Shown here: positions 10,299-21,162 of the stretch, in pieces
How the letters are laid out: each line of letters starts with the position of its first letter
Position numbering within the stretch: the stretch's first letter is position 1
IMG/VR virus record: IMGVR_UViG_3300045988_133025
Coordinates: 1 to 30,784 of that record
Direction: 5' to 3' (one strand)
Origin: a virus
Length of the DNA: 30,784 nt
Translations under genes and position numbers: made by a program
The notes under the pieces: model-generated
The model's database searches: none
Told to the model about the DNA's origin: nothing
Seen by the model: only the letters and a program-made list of their open reading frames with translations

Positions 10299-10831
10299 TT
10301 CCAAATATATTTATAAGCAGTTTTACGTTTACCAGAAGCGCATCGTCCTATATTAGTATTAATAAACCCTAAAGATCTTTCAACCTCCATTGTAGATGGT
10401 CATTCTTTAATAAAAGTTCCATTTAAATCGTATTGTAAAATTGGTTTTGAACAAGGACCATTAACAAACATTTCAGAATGTGATTTAGAACTTTTTATTT
10501 TACTTTCTATTGTTCACTTTGTTCCTGATCTTCCTGATTCTCCACCTTCAGATTGATTATATCCTTTATTTGGATTTGTAGTATCGTATACTTTTATTAA
10601 TATCTTTTCTAAAGTACAAGCACAAGCTTTTGGTAAATTATTTCTTATTATTAAATGAGTAAAAGAATCTCATCCATACTTTTGAATTGCATTTCAGAAA
10701 TGGATATTTTGTTTATAGCCAATTCCTTTACTTCATCTCTTTTTAGGACTCTTCTTAGTTATACCTACATATTTTTTATTGTTTATTTTATTTATATGTA
10801 TATAAACGCAATAACATCTTTCTTCAGCCAT
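10286..10831 (-). CDS. GIY-YIG homing endonuclease (free-standing), 181 aa
   Basis: There is no minus-strand ORF here in the track. With five TGA=Trp it reads CVYIHINKINNKKYVGIT..KRWSKG.GY...FWNAIQKYGWDSF.HLII...QYDLNGTFIKEW...GKRKTAYKYIWKWKK. It is a paralogue of 24637..25140 and 27973..28626. Its last 13 nt overlap the tape-measure start. Confidence 0.85.
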
Positions 10832-10832
10832 A

Positions 10833-13800
10833 TTAGTTTATAGTTACATTTTTAACAGTATCTTCTGTTAGTGTTAAATTCTCTGTATATTTAACTGTTC
10901 CTGTAGGTCCATCAGTCACTTCAAATTTAAACTGAACACCTTTTTGAGCATATATTCTATAATTTCCATTATCCTGCATATAAGCCACATTCAAGAAGTT
11001 ATCGTTTTCTGTAAGTATCTGATTTACTCCAGTTGGTATAGTGCCACTTGGAGTTTCTAATTTGCCTGTAATAAGAACAGCTTTATTTGGGTCTGGAGTT
11101 TGAGTAAACATACATTTAGGACCATCTATGCCTCCTTGTTTATAAAGACTAAAGTAGAAACTTCTTTGGTCATATTTAGTATTCTCATTATAAGTAACTG
11201 TTAATTCTGTTTCTCCAGGTTGCCCAGATTCAGGTGTAATGCTTACAATTTCATTTGGACTATATCATCCTAATTCCCAAGGAATATTAGAAGTAACTGT
11301 AATCTTTTTAGTTCCAGCTTGATAATCTACTATTGGATCTGAATCGTCAAATGATATATACTCACCTAAATTTTGAATTCCAGCTAAATAACTATTAATA
11401 TCTTGAACTTTAATAAATTCACATCTAACAGTAGACTCTGAATTAATATCATAAGCATCTATCTTATTAAGTACCCAGTATGAATCTTCAAAATAATAGA
11501 ATTGTCTAAGTAGATCATATTTAACATCTAAATCATCTAATCTTACAAAGCAGGTGACTTTTTTAGTATTTACATCAAATTGATCATTATAAAACTCATT
11601 CCAGAATCTACTATATAAAGTAGATTGTTCCAAATAACTAACTTTATCAATATATATTTCTCTTGGAACTCCAAAATCTCAAGATGAAGATATGAAGTTA
11701 CTTGAAATAGTATATCTTATAAATTGTGGTAATGTAGTTCTTTTAATTGCAATTTTTGATCCTGCAGAATTATTTTCACTAGTAGTATAAATGTAACAAG
11801 GTTCACCATCATTAAGAACTGACATTTCAGTAACATCATCTGTAATTCAATAATTAATTGGATTACCAGCTATATCATTCATACTAACTGTATCATTATA
11901 AAACAATAAAGCACTCTTTATTTCCTCAAGACTCTGTTCATTATTGTCTAATGTGTAAAAACAAGTTTTTGCAAATATATCATTTCCAGGAACATCTCAC
12001 CATTCTGTAGTCTTTCCTTGATCTATAAAATTAGCTCCATATAAATCCTGATCACTAGTTTTTACTTCTGTAGAAGTTCTATTAAATAAACTATATGTAA
12101 TATTATCATTCATAAATGCAGGTACATAAGTATTTCCAGAATTAAAGAAATTTCTAAAATACTTGTCTGCATCTCTAGCAGATACCACATTTTGAAATAT
12201 ATTTCCAGAATATAAATCAGTATTATCACTATTAAAATTGTATCCAGTATTTAATCTTTGCTGACCATAGTCTATATCATACTGTCTATCATACTTCTTA
12301 GCATAATACGTTTCTGGAGTTTCTAATGACATAGTATATCACTTTTTATCAAATAATATTGGATTTACATTAAAGTCTTTAGAATAATCAATTCTTTTAC
12401 TCCAATCTGAAATTACATTCTTAAAAAAGTTATTTCTAGTATATATTCTAATTGTTTTACTATCAATATCTTTTGTAAAATATAATCCAAATAGTTTTGC
12501 ATAACTTAATAAGTAATCAGCAGGAGATTGTTCTGTCTTTAATAATTTCTGCTTAGTAATTAAAGCATCAGAAGTAACTGCTGAAGGCCAAGAAGCTTTT
12601 AGGGTATATTGAGTTTCATCATATAAAAATTCTGACCATCCAGCAACTCTATTAGCAGTAACATCATTTGGATGCATATTATTTAACTGCCATACAGCAT
12701 CTTGGTTATATAAATTTTCAGTTCTTCTTACAATTTGTATATTTACTAAAATCTTATTAACTTTAGGCATATCTTTTACAGTAAATCTGAAAGTATTAGT
12801 ATTATTATCACTTTTGAAATAATACCTATTTCCACTATCTTTTACAAAATGCCCATAAATAGCTTCTACAGGTGCATCAGTTAATGGATAATAATTAAAC
12901 CAAGTGCCAGGCCCAGATTGAACTTGAGTATTTATTTTATTTGTAAAGTTATATAAAGGAGAATATGCAATAGGTTTACTCCCAGTATCCTCAGCATCAT
13001 ATATTAATATTTGGGCTGTTACAGAAGTTCTATAAGGATGATTCGTATATTCTGCATTTCCAGATTTTCCATTTAATACATAGGATAGGTATAAATCATT
13101 ACCTGCAGAAACATTTGCATTATAGAATAACTGAAAATCAACATTAATATTAACAAGAGTATTAGCTGGAGTTGCAGATAAATCAATTACTTGTCCTTCG
13201 CCAGGTACTATTACATCACTCCCTGTAACACTAAATCTTCCTCAGTTTACTGAAGTAGTTGTTCCTCCAGGTTTTAATCCACACCAAAACAAATCATTAT
13301 ATTTAGTAAGTTTAGCATTCTCTGTAATATTATCTGATTCTTCATCTTCAGTAGATCCTAATAAAGGTAATGCAACAAACGCTTTATTTCAATATGGATT
13401 TGAATAATTAAAGAAATCTTGATCCATTATAACATCATATCCAGAATTCTCTTTTCTACATATAGTTTCAATTAACTTACTTAATTTTAAAGCTGGCCTT
13501 TGCATATAACTTCTAAGGTCTCTCATCTCCCATTCTGTATATGCTCTATTTAATTTAGCTAATCCATATCCATTATAAGGTGTGTATGTAGTTCCTGAAT
13601 CGGTCTTACTAGTAGGAAATAAATTATCTCCATTAGTATTTATTAAACAAGTTTCATTATCAAAGTTTTCATATAAACCGTTATATGCAGGAATAAATGT
13701 TAAAAAATCATAAATTTGACTTCCGTCATTTACTTTACTCCAATTAAAACAAGTATTTACAAAATCTTTATTAATGTAGAAATTCATTTCAGTATCGGTA

Positions 13801-14270
13801 GGAAGTACATTACCATCTTTATCAGTTACAAAGTATTGTAAATCAGCTAGAGTTCTAATAGTGCCATCTTCTTTATATTTAAGTCCATAAAAGAAATCTC
13901 CCAATCCTCCATATAAAGTAATATTATAAGTAATAACTGCTTGCTTTATAGAGATGCTATTTAACTGCATATATCCTGATTCAACTAAATATCCATTATT
14001 ATAGATTCCAAAGTCAACTCTTTTTGAAGGATCAAAATATACTCCAGAGAAATTACCTTCTTTTATATGGAGAAATCTATCTAATTTATAAATCTCTCCA
14101 AAAATCTTATTATTGTTTTTTGTGCCAGGTATAGAAATCGTTTTACTAAACGAGTTCTTGACTATAGTGGGGTTTTGGAAATCCTCAACAGTATATGTCA
14201 TAGTAAGACTAATTCCCTCACTACAGTCAACCTCTTTATTTGCAATAAATAATTTAATATTCTTTCTCAT
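10833..14270 (-). CDS. Large tail/baseplate structural protein (Tal-like), 1145 aa, with C-terminal BACON-like repeat
   Basis: Track pieces 13389..14270, 12339..12770, 11997..12332, 11265..11633 and 10833..11111 plus the gaps are in one frame. Seven TGAs interrupt it (13389, 13242, 12339, 11997, 11847, 11679, 11265). I translated every gap and found no TAA or TAG. Stop is TAA at 10833..10835. The C-terminus YQAGTKKITVTSNIPWELG-W-YSPNEIVSITPESGQPGETELTVTYNENT..R resembles a BACON domain. Confidence 0.75.
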
Positions 14271-14272
14271 AA

Positions 14273-16450
14273 TTATTTACGATAAGTATCTTGAGAAGCT
14301 TCTACATTAATTGTATAGTAGAACTTATTCTTACCTTGATTAGTATAAGTTTTATATTCACAATTTGTATCTGTAATTAATACTGGAGTAATAGTATTAT
14401 CTTTAAGATTATGCAAATATACTTTAGTACTTTCAATTAAATTAAACATCTTAGAAGCTTGAATATCATTTAAATAACCAGTATAAAGAATCCAGCTTGA
14501 AGTTATAGTATTTAAATACTTATTCCTTGCAAATTCTTGAGATGTATTTAATACTTTGCGAGTAGATGTTTCAGATTTAATTTCATCAGTCTTTCTAACA
14601 TTACCCTCAACAAGTAATGAATCCCATCCTCCTGCTGAATTAGTATAATATAATACATAATCTTTACCTGTGGTATCTATATCATATCTAATCTGTCTAT
14701 CACTAATATTTCCGTCTTCTACAAATCCTACTATTAAATAGCTCCCACAAGGCCATAGTTTATTGCTTAAATCTTCTGTATATGTATATCCATTAATTCC
14801 AGAATTTAAACTAATATCTATAGCAGTTGATGTTCCATCTACATAAAAAAATTTATTAACAACTCCCGTTCCAGTTGGTAAAATTCAACTTGCTACTAAA
14901 TATTGTCTTGGATCAACTAAACCAGTAATAGGATCACTTAACATAGTACCTTTAGTCAAATCTCTATCTTTATAACTCCAATCATTGAAAAAAGTAATTG
15001 GTTTCTCATTTCCAGATGAAGTTATTAATGTAAATGGTTTTAAATATTCTGGAGATACTATTGTTTTTGAAGTATTAAATATAATCCCATTAGATAGATA
15101 ATTTTCAGCAACATTATTTAATAAAAACTCTACTCTATCAGTTTCTGGATATTTATAAGCTTTTCCAGCATAGACCATATCCCCTGCATAATCTAGATGA
15201 TATTCAATAAAATCTGAACTAATAATCTCTTCCCAAACATAATCTTTCCAAATTGGAGATATATCAGATTTAACTGATTGGATAATATTAATAGATAAAT
15301 TAATAATACTTGAACTATTCTTTATAACAGATACTCCAATGGTTGCTTTTCTGGAAGACAATCCTGAATTTTCCGCAATGTTCAAACTAATAGTTGCTAC
15401 ACCTTGAGGATTCACAGATAACTTCTGTCCACTAATCCAACCTACAGGAATGCTAAATACAACATCATCTAAGTTATTAGAACCTGTTTCCATAATATTT
15501 AATGTAGATGCAGTCCAACTTACTTCATAATTAGTATTAGGAATCACCAAAGAAGTTGCAGATTGTTTAATTGGAACTGTAGCTTCAAGAGTATATCCTC
15601 CAGAAGTTGTTGCAGTAACCATTGCACTAAACTCCAAATTATTAGTAGTTTTATTCTCTGGAACAGTTAATACAAAATAGTTATCAACACTATCCTTTTT
15701 AATATTACTAGCTTGAGGACAGGTAACATTAAATGATGTAATAGTTTCTTCTGCTTTAGTCGTACTTAAATGGAATTCTTCAGTAACAAAAGCAGCTGCT
15801 CCATAAGTTCCAGAAGAAGGAGTTACTACTAACTTTAAATCTTCAGGAGTATTACTCTTTTCAATCTTAAAGTTATAAGTAGAACTAATAAATTTATTAG
15901 TATCATAGTAAGCCCCTAATTGGATAGTTGCAGTTAAATCAGTATTTCATTGAGTATTAGCTCTTACTGTAACTTTAAACTTAATAGAGCAAGAATCTCA
16001 ATCCAGAACTTTCATATTAACTAAAGCTGTAGCATTAACAACTGCTGCATCTCATTTAATAATATCTGATCTATTTAATATATACTCTACTGTATATTCT
16101 CCACCAGTATTTGGTACTTTAATGCTGTCATTAGCAGGATAATATCCAGGAGCTTTACTATGTAAATTAATTGGTAAATGTTCCACTAATAAAGCAGTAG
16201 TAAGACCTCTAGGATACAAATGAAATACAGTAGAAGAATCAGTAGTTATTGTTGTAGGAGATAAAAATTGTATTGTACATCCAGAAGTACTAGGTTCTTG
16301 TATAGTTACATTTAAAGGCCCTTCTTCAGTATAATTAAATCCCCAAGTCCAATAATATTCTCCAGTAATTCCCCATCCAGGATTATTCCATTTAACAGGA
16401 AAACTCCTTGATGCATTATATATTCCTAATTTACTTGGTATAAATGCCAT
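14273..16450 (-). CDS. Tail/baseplate structural protein, 725 aa, with BACON/Ig-like repeats
   Basis: Pieces 16052..16450 and 14885..15637 plus the gaps are in one frame, with TGAs at 16052, 15998, 15947 and 14885. Gaps 15638..16051 and 14699..14884 were translated codon by codon without stops; 14276..14698 was read less rigorously. Stop is TAA at 14273..14275. A BACON-like segment reads YEVSWTAS...SVNPQGVATISLNIAENSGLSSRKATIGVSV...INLSINIIQ. Confidence 0.7.
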
Positions 16451-16452
16451 TT

Positions 16453-16932
16453 TTAAAAGTTTTTAAATACATTATCAACTTGTGTTTCTAAATCTTTTGT
16501 AATTGCATCATCTAATAACATATAAGCATCTAATTCAGTTAATGATTCCTCTAATAGATGTTTGCCTTCAATTCCTCTTTTGGAAATCTTTCTTGCTATT
16601 AAATATGCTAATTGATCAATAGTTGGAAGTAATCCATTATATGGACGAGGTAATACAGGCTTAGTTTGTATTCACCTTTTTATATCACTGATAGGAGGAA
16701 ACTTTCCTGCATTTCTGCCTTCCTCAACATACTTCCAATAATCTTGTATTTGTAAACTAACTTCATATACTTCATCCTGATCTTCAACTATATAATTAAG
16801 TGTATCACCAAGAGTTCCTGTATCATCTGAACCAGTTTGTAGTAATTTCTGTCTATATATAGAAATTAATTGTTCTCCATATTGTTTTAAGACAGCTTCT
16901 AAATTGGGAAAATCCAAAACTTGATTTGCCAT
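16453..16932 (-). CDS. HK97 gp10-like head-tail / tail-completion protein, 159 aa
   Basis: The track ORF 16672..16932 continues through a TGA (16672..16674) to TAA at 16453..16455. The pattern TGTLGDTL...VSLQIQDYWKYVEEGR is gp10-family-like. Confidence 0.4.
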
Positions 16933-16984
16933 TTTTACTAAAATATATCATTCTCATATTGAGTATCTAAACACAAATAGGGAG

Positions 16985-17009
16985 ATTTACTCCCTATTTA
17001 AGTGTCAAC
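16985..17009 (-). terminator. Hairpin (10-bp stem AAATAGGGAG / CTCCCTATTT, 5-nt loop); probable terminator or structured RNA element
   Basis: Read directly. On the minus strand it sits 2 nt downstream of motif copy B and is followed by GTGTTTAG. Confidence 0.5.
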
Positions 17010-17011
17010 TT

Positions 17012-17034
17012 TTTACTCACTTTTAGTAGTTAAA
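17012..17034. promoter_or_regulatory. Conserved intergenic motif, copy B (GTGTCAACTTTTTACTCACTTTT)
   Basis: Third copy of the motif. It starts a ~41-nt unit ending in TTGACAT (17046..17052). The whole element is bracketed by an 8-bp inverted repeat, CTAAACAC (16977..16984) and GTGTTTAG (17057..17064). Confidence 0.6.
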
Positions 17035-17196
17035 ATAAATAAAAATTGACATTTTAGTGTTTAGCTTTTCAAAGATCTATTTGTCTTTTTTCTTCTTTCC
17101 CTTTATCAAGTAAGTAGCAAATAATATTCAAAAACTCTTGAATCTGCATATCACATACTTGATGTCAATTTAACCTTGTTACTTCGCTAACTCTAT

Positions 17197-17856
17197 CTAT
17201 TCAACAAATCCAGTTCCATTTTTGACTAAATTCAGAGTTTGTCTCGCCTGAACTATCCTCTTCCGTAATTGATATTTCTTTACTGGATCTTTCTCCTTTT
17301 TCATCAATTTCTTCATCTCCCGCATTGAAGAGATTAGGGTAGCTACTGTTAAGCTCTCTAATAATTTGCAAAAAAAAACCATTACATCAGTAACAATAGT
17401 AATTGGAATCTTATCATATAAATCTTCTGCTAGTTCCATTACATCATAACCCTCATTATATTTCTTTCCTTTAGGAATTAAAAAGCATAAGAATATATAC
17501 TTTTGATTTTTTTCATATTCTTTATAGAAATTCTGAAAATCAATATATTGAGCAGCAGTCATATTTCTGAGATTTAATTGAACTGTATATTTATTACCAT
17601 AAATCTCATACTCAGTTTCAGGAACTTTAGATTTATACTTATTTACAATAAAATGAATCTTACTAAGTTCTGCAGATAATTGATCTACTGTCATATTTAA
17701 TAGAGTATCTCTAGCTTTATCAGGATTATCTGTAAGTAATGCATAGATTTCAATACTTCTATCTAAATCTGTCATTTTTGCATCACTCATAATAAATGAA
17801 TTTAAAGCTTGAAATTTCTTTAAAGATACTTCTTCCCATTTAGTTGCTACATTCAT
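17197..17856 (-). CDS. Hypothetical protein, 219 aa
   Basis: Intact ORF. Its ATG lies 1 nt after the terL TAG. Stop is TAG at 17197..17199. I recognise no family confidently. Confidence 0.6.
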   Translation of the reverse strand: MNVATKWEEVSLKKFQALNSFIMSDAKMTDLDRSIEIYALLTDNPDKARDTLLNMTVDQLSAELSKIHFIVNKYKSKVPETEYEIYGNKYTVQLNLRNMTAAQYIDFQNFYKEYEKNQKYIFLCFLIPKGKKYNEGYDVMELAEDLYDKIPITIVTDVMVFFCKLLESLTVATLISSMREMKKLMKKEKDPVKKYQLRKRIVQARQTLNLVKNGTGFVE

Positions 17857-17857
17857 A

Positions 17858-19105
17858 CTATTTAATTTTAATATTATAATGCCCTTTGTTTGTATTTAAT
17901 GAGTCATAGGCTAACATTAATGAAATTACTGTATCATCATTAAATCCTGATGGAGCATTATAACTAACATTTCCAGTTTTTGGATTATATGAAGCCTCAT
18001 ATAGTCTTAACTCATTTAAAAGTTTATCATCTTTTAATAATCCTATCTTTTCATTCTCCAAAGCAGCTTGAAGCTTATTAACTATATCTGCCTTACTCTT
18101 ATTAGTAGTTAAGAATCGTAATATCCTGATTTTCTGATTCTTCCGAACTAACATATCATAAAATACTGAACCAATTGAGTTTTGCTCAACTTGTACAATC
18201 TTTATAAATCCTTGATACTCAGTTAATATATTTGTTAATAAATCAACTTGTTCTGTTGGAGTTTTATCGTTGAAATACTTTATAAAGACCATTTGTCCAG
18301 ATTCATTTAAAGCAGTAACACAAGTATAGTCTTTACCACTTCCAGTAGCCCAGTCTATTCCTATATAAAGACTCTGATAATCTGGTTTTTTCTCAATTAT
18401 ACAGTTAGCTATATTATTAAATAAACAGCCATCATCATCTGCAAATTCCCCCAAATATTCAGTTTTAAATTTATTTTTTGAGGTTGTAAGTCGATACATC
18501 TCTAACTTCTCTTTATCTAAAAGCATAGATGTATCTTCTAAAGCCCAATCAAATGATTTATAGAACTTATCATATTTTGGATCTAATCCTTTAGTAAAGC
18601 AATCATAAAAGAATCCTTCTCGAAATCTTGGAGTACTGATAATTAATATTGGCGCAGATCATACATCAGCTATAGGAGTTAATATTTCGAATACTTCATC
18701 TGATATATATGCAGCTTCATCTATTACTAATAATCCGCTTACTGTAAATCCTCGTAATGAATCTTTTTGTTCTGCGGATTTAAATAATATTTCACTTCCA
18801 TTAGTAAACTCTATTTCTAATAAGGACTCATTTTTCTTTTTAATAAGGTCACATTCCCCAAGAGCTTTTATTATTTCCTTAAATATTTTTCTACTATTAG
18901 TTAAAGTTGGCTCCACTATACAACTAATACTACCTGGATAATTTATAGAGAATCTTAATAATTCATTTTCTGCCATAAATGACTTTCCGCATTGTCTTTT
19001 AGCTTTTACTGTAAATATTTTTCCAGACCTATAAGAGTCATTCATTGCAGTATGTACTTTATTTTGATAGATAAATGGCCTATATCCTTTATATATCCTT
19101 GTCAT
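17858..19105 (-). CDS. terL: Terminase large subunit, 415 aa
   Basis: Pieces 18659..19105 and 17858..18526 are in frame, joined through a TGA (18659..18661). Walker A-like KAKRQCGKSF and Walker B-like LLVIDEAAY are followed by a nuclease-half pattern (IGIDWATGSGKDYT...NDDTVISL). Stop is TAG. Confidence 0.8.
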
Positions 19106-19541
19106 TTATAATTGGATCTCCAAATTTAAATTGGCATTCATTATTTTGAATATTAACTTGAATTTCTGGTTGATTTAATCCAAACATAGAATTTATTGTT
19201 TTAATAACTTCAGTAGCAGATCTTACATCATTTTTACTAATAGCAATATCCAATAATGTTTCCAATCTTGTTAATTGTATATGTCTTAAATTCTTTATAA
19301 GATTATCATTTTTATCAGCAATAATCTTATAAGCTTCTCTAATATATTTAGCAGCAGTAGTTTGTCCAACTCCATATTTAGCTTGAAGTTCTTCACTTAC
19401 TTTATTTCTGGACCAACCTTTATTAAATAATCTTGCTGCATAAAGATATTTAGTCTTTTGTTCGTCTATTTGATTCTCTTTTACCTCTTCCTTTCTTGGT
19501 CTCCCTGTTTTCTTCGGAAGTTCCTGATCCTTCACTTTCAT
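19089..19541 (-). CDS. terS: Terminase small subunit-like HTH protein, 150 aa
   Basis: It lies immediately upstream of terL and overlaps it. It has a basic N-terminus and an HTH-like segment GWSRNKVSEELQAKYGVGQTTAAKYIREAY. No TGA. Confidence 0.5.
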   Translation of the reverse strand: MKVKDQELPKKTGRPRKEEVKENQIDEQKTKYLYAARLFNKGWSRNKVSEELQAKYGVGQTTAAKYIREAYKIIADKNDNLIKNLRHIQLTRLETLLDIAISKNDVRSATEVIKTINSMFGLNQPEIQVNIQNNECQFKFGDPIINDKDI

Positions 19542-19785
19542 TTGTTTTCAGTTTTTCTTGGTATTCAAAATAGATTGGAGCAATTCTCTTTATAAGATTA
19601 AGTATGCAAGTAGCACAAGCTATACTCATTCTATACTCCTGTTCAATTATATACTCATAAATCTCTTTAATCTTTATTACGTCCTGCTTTTGCACATTTC
19701 TGCAGTAATTAGATTTAGTTGCAGTTATAAACCTATCTTCAAACTGTCTTAAATATTTAAACTGATCTTCTGTTAATTGTTTCAT
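19450..19785 (-). CDS. Hypothetical protein, 111 aa; its C-terminal 92 nt overlap terS in another frame
   Basis: Intact ORF with a structured-looking first ~75 aa. The overlapping tail is low-complexity and Lys/Glu/Arg-rich. Confidence 0.45.
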   Translation of the reverse strand: MKQLTEDQFKYLRQFEDRFITATKSNYCRNVQKQDVIKIKEIYEYIIEQEYRMSIACATCILNLIKRIAPIYFEYQEKLKTNESEGSGTSEENRETKKGRGKRESNRRTKD

Positions 19786-19874
19786 AATTAGCGCTTTTTA
19801 GTATAAGTAAATATAGAAATTAACTTTCCATTCTTGTAGTGATAAATAACTTCTGTTTCCATAAAATATAATTT

Positions 19875-20153
19875 TTAATTAATAAGTTTGTATATAACAT
19901 CTATCAGCTTAGTAGATGCATCTTTTAATAATATCATAATATCTTTAATTAAGTCGTTATAGTATGCAACTAGAAATACTAGTAATAAGTTCTGTAAACT
20001 AAAACCAAATCAAAATAAACTAATTATCCCAATCCAAGTTCCTAAACACCAACTGCACACTCAAGGTTTAATCATTCAATCTTCATTAAACGGCAATCCT
20101 CTATATAAGTAATTTCATAGTCCTTTCCTTATAGGAATATCAAATCCAGACAT
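19875..20153 (-). CDS. Small membrane protein, 92 aa, Cys/Trp-rich (DUF1360-like pattern)
   Basis: Visible only with TGA=Trp (20115, 20076, 20061, 20010). It reads MSGFDIPIRKGLWNYLYRGLPFNEDWMIKPWVCSWCLGTWIGIISLFWFGFSL... and ends at TAA 19875..19877. Confidence 0.55.
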
Positions 20154-20175
20154 AGTATATATAACTATTATAGTA

Positions 20176-20307
20176 TTAATTATTAGAATACTTCCAAATA
20201 ACCCCATAATTCCAATTTACTTTGTTTCTACAAAACTTAGAAATAGATCCATTATCATATCCTAAGTATCTTTTTATTTCCCTTACAGAATCTCATATTT
20301 TAACCAC
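20176..20307 (-). pseudogene. Stand-alone IENR1-like (HEG C-terminal DNA-binding) mini-ORF or HEG remnant, about 43 codons
   Basis: It reads (V)VKIWDSVREIKRYLGYDNGSISKFCRNKVNWNYGVIWKYSNN*. This has the F.S..EA...LG.....I...C.gK.....G..WKY signature found at the C-termini of the intact HEGs here. The only candidate start is a GTG, it contains one TGA, and it overlaps the end of the sigma region-4 ORF. Confidence 0.3.
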
Positions 20308-20548
20308 ATATTTTATTTCTAATGTTAGCTATTACCCTTGCTATGGTAGTATGACTAATTCCTAATATTCTTCCCACTTCTCTATAACTACAATATTCAG
20401 CATATAATATGATTACTGTCTTATCTGCCTTATTAAGCTCAAGCCATTTTGGATATATACTTAATAGTCTATCATCCATATTTGTAAACATACTATAGTC
20501 TATTTCATACTCAGTAAGTAAATCGTCAATATTAATCTTCCGTTTCAT
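20300..20548 (-). CDS. ECF-type sigma factor, region 4 half only, 82 aa
   Basis: LELNKADKTVIILYAEYCSYREVGRILGISHTTIARVIANIRNKI is a typical sigma-70 region 4.2 HTH. There is no region 2 in this ORF. Confidence 0.65.
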   Translation of the reverse strand: MKRKINIDDLLTEYEIDYSMFTNMDDRLLSIYPKWLELNKADKTVIILYAEYCSYREVGRILGISHTTIARVIANIRNKICG

Positions 20549-20840
20549 TTAATCAATCCTCAAATTCGTCATTTTGTTGTTCAAGTGGTTCTTTAACAAT
20601 CTCATAATATTTCTTATAGGTATAGTAATATCTACTTGTTTTACTAAACCAATAATTCTTAAATAATCTTGTAATCCAAAATTTCAATTCATTTTTGCTA
20701 TCAAGCTGATTTAATTTTGGATTTGAATACTCTAGTATTTCTACAAAAATCATTTGAACACAGTCATCATCTGCACCAAATTTTTGCTTAAGTTCCATAA
20801 TAAATGGATAGTACTTTTCTACAATTTCGTTATTACTCAT
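20532..20840 (-). CDS. ECF-type sigma factor, region 2 half only, 102 aa under table 4 (the track's 20553..20840 if TGA terminated)
   Basis: DDDCVQMIFVEILEY...ELKFWITRLFKNYWFSKTSRYY resembles sigma region 2.1-2.4. TGA at 20553..20555 is followed by 6 more sense codons and then TAA at 20532..20534. The region-4 ORF starts in the +1 frame at 20548. Confidence 0.55.
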
Positions 20841-21150
20841 ATGTTCACATATATCCTCCTGCTGTTTTTCGCTGCCCTTTAAGAACCTTTACAATATTTC
20901 TAGATTGTATATTTAGTTCTCTCTCAGCATCTATTGTTGAATCCCATCTTTTAATAACTATTCCATTTAGTAATTGCAGTATTGGTTTCTTATGACTATA
21001 TCCAGCTCGCAGATTATGAGTTCCATAATTATTATTATAATTATAAGTACACCATTCTAAATTACTTACATTATTATTTGATTTATTTTCATCCTTATGA
21101 TTTATACAAGGATAGTTATGCCATCAGTTCCAATTTGGTAGTTTTCAAAA
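20833..21150 (-). pseudogene. 5'-truncated HNH_3-type homing endonuclease without a start codon (about 105 codons)
   Basis: It reads ...HNYPCINHKDENKSNNNVSNLEWCT...KKPILQLLNGIVIKRWDSTIDAERELNIQSRNIVKVLKGQRKTAGGYMWTYE*. This aligns to the C-terminal two-thirds of the intact HNH at 26827..27318. The NUMOD4 N-terminus is missing, and no ATG, GTG or TTG precedes the HNH motif. The frame opens right after TAA at 21151..21153. Confidence 0.5.
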
Positions 21151-21162
21151 TTAAGTATTCTT

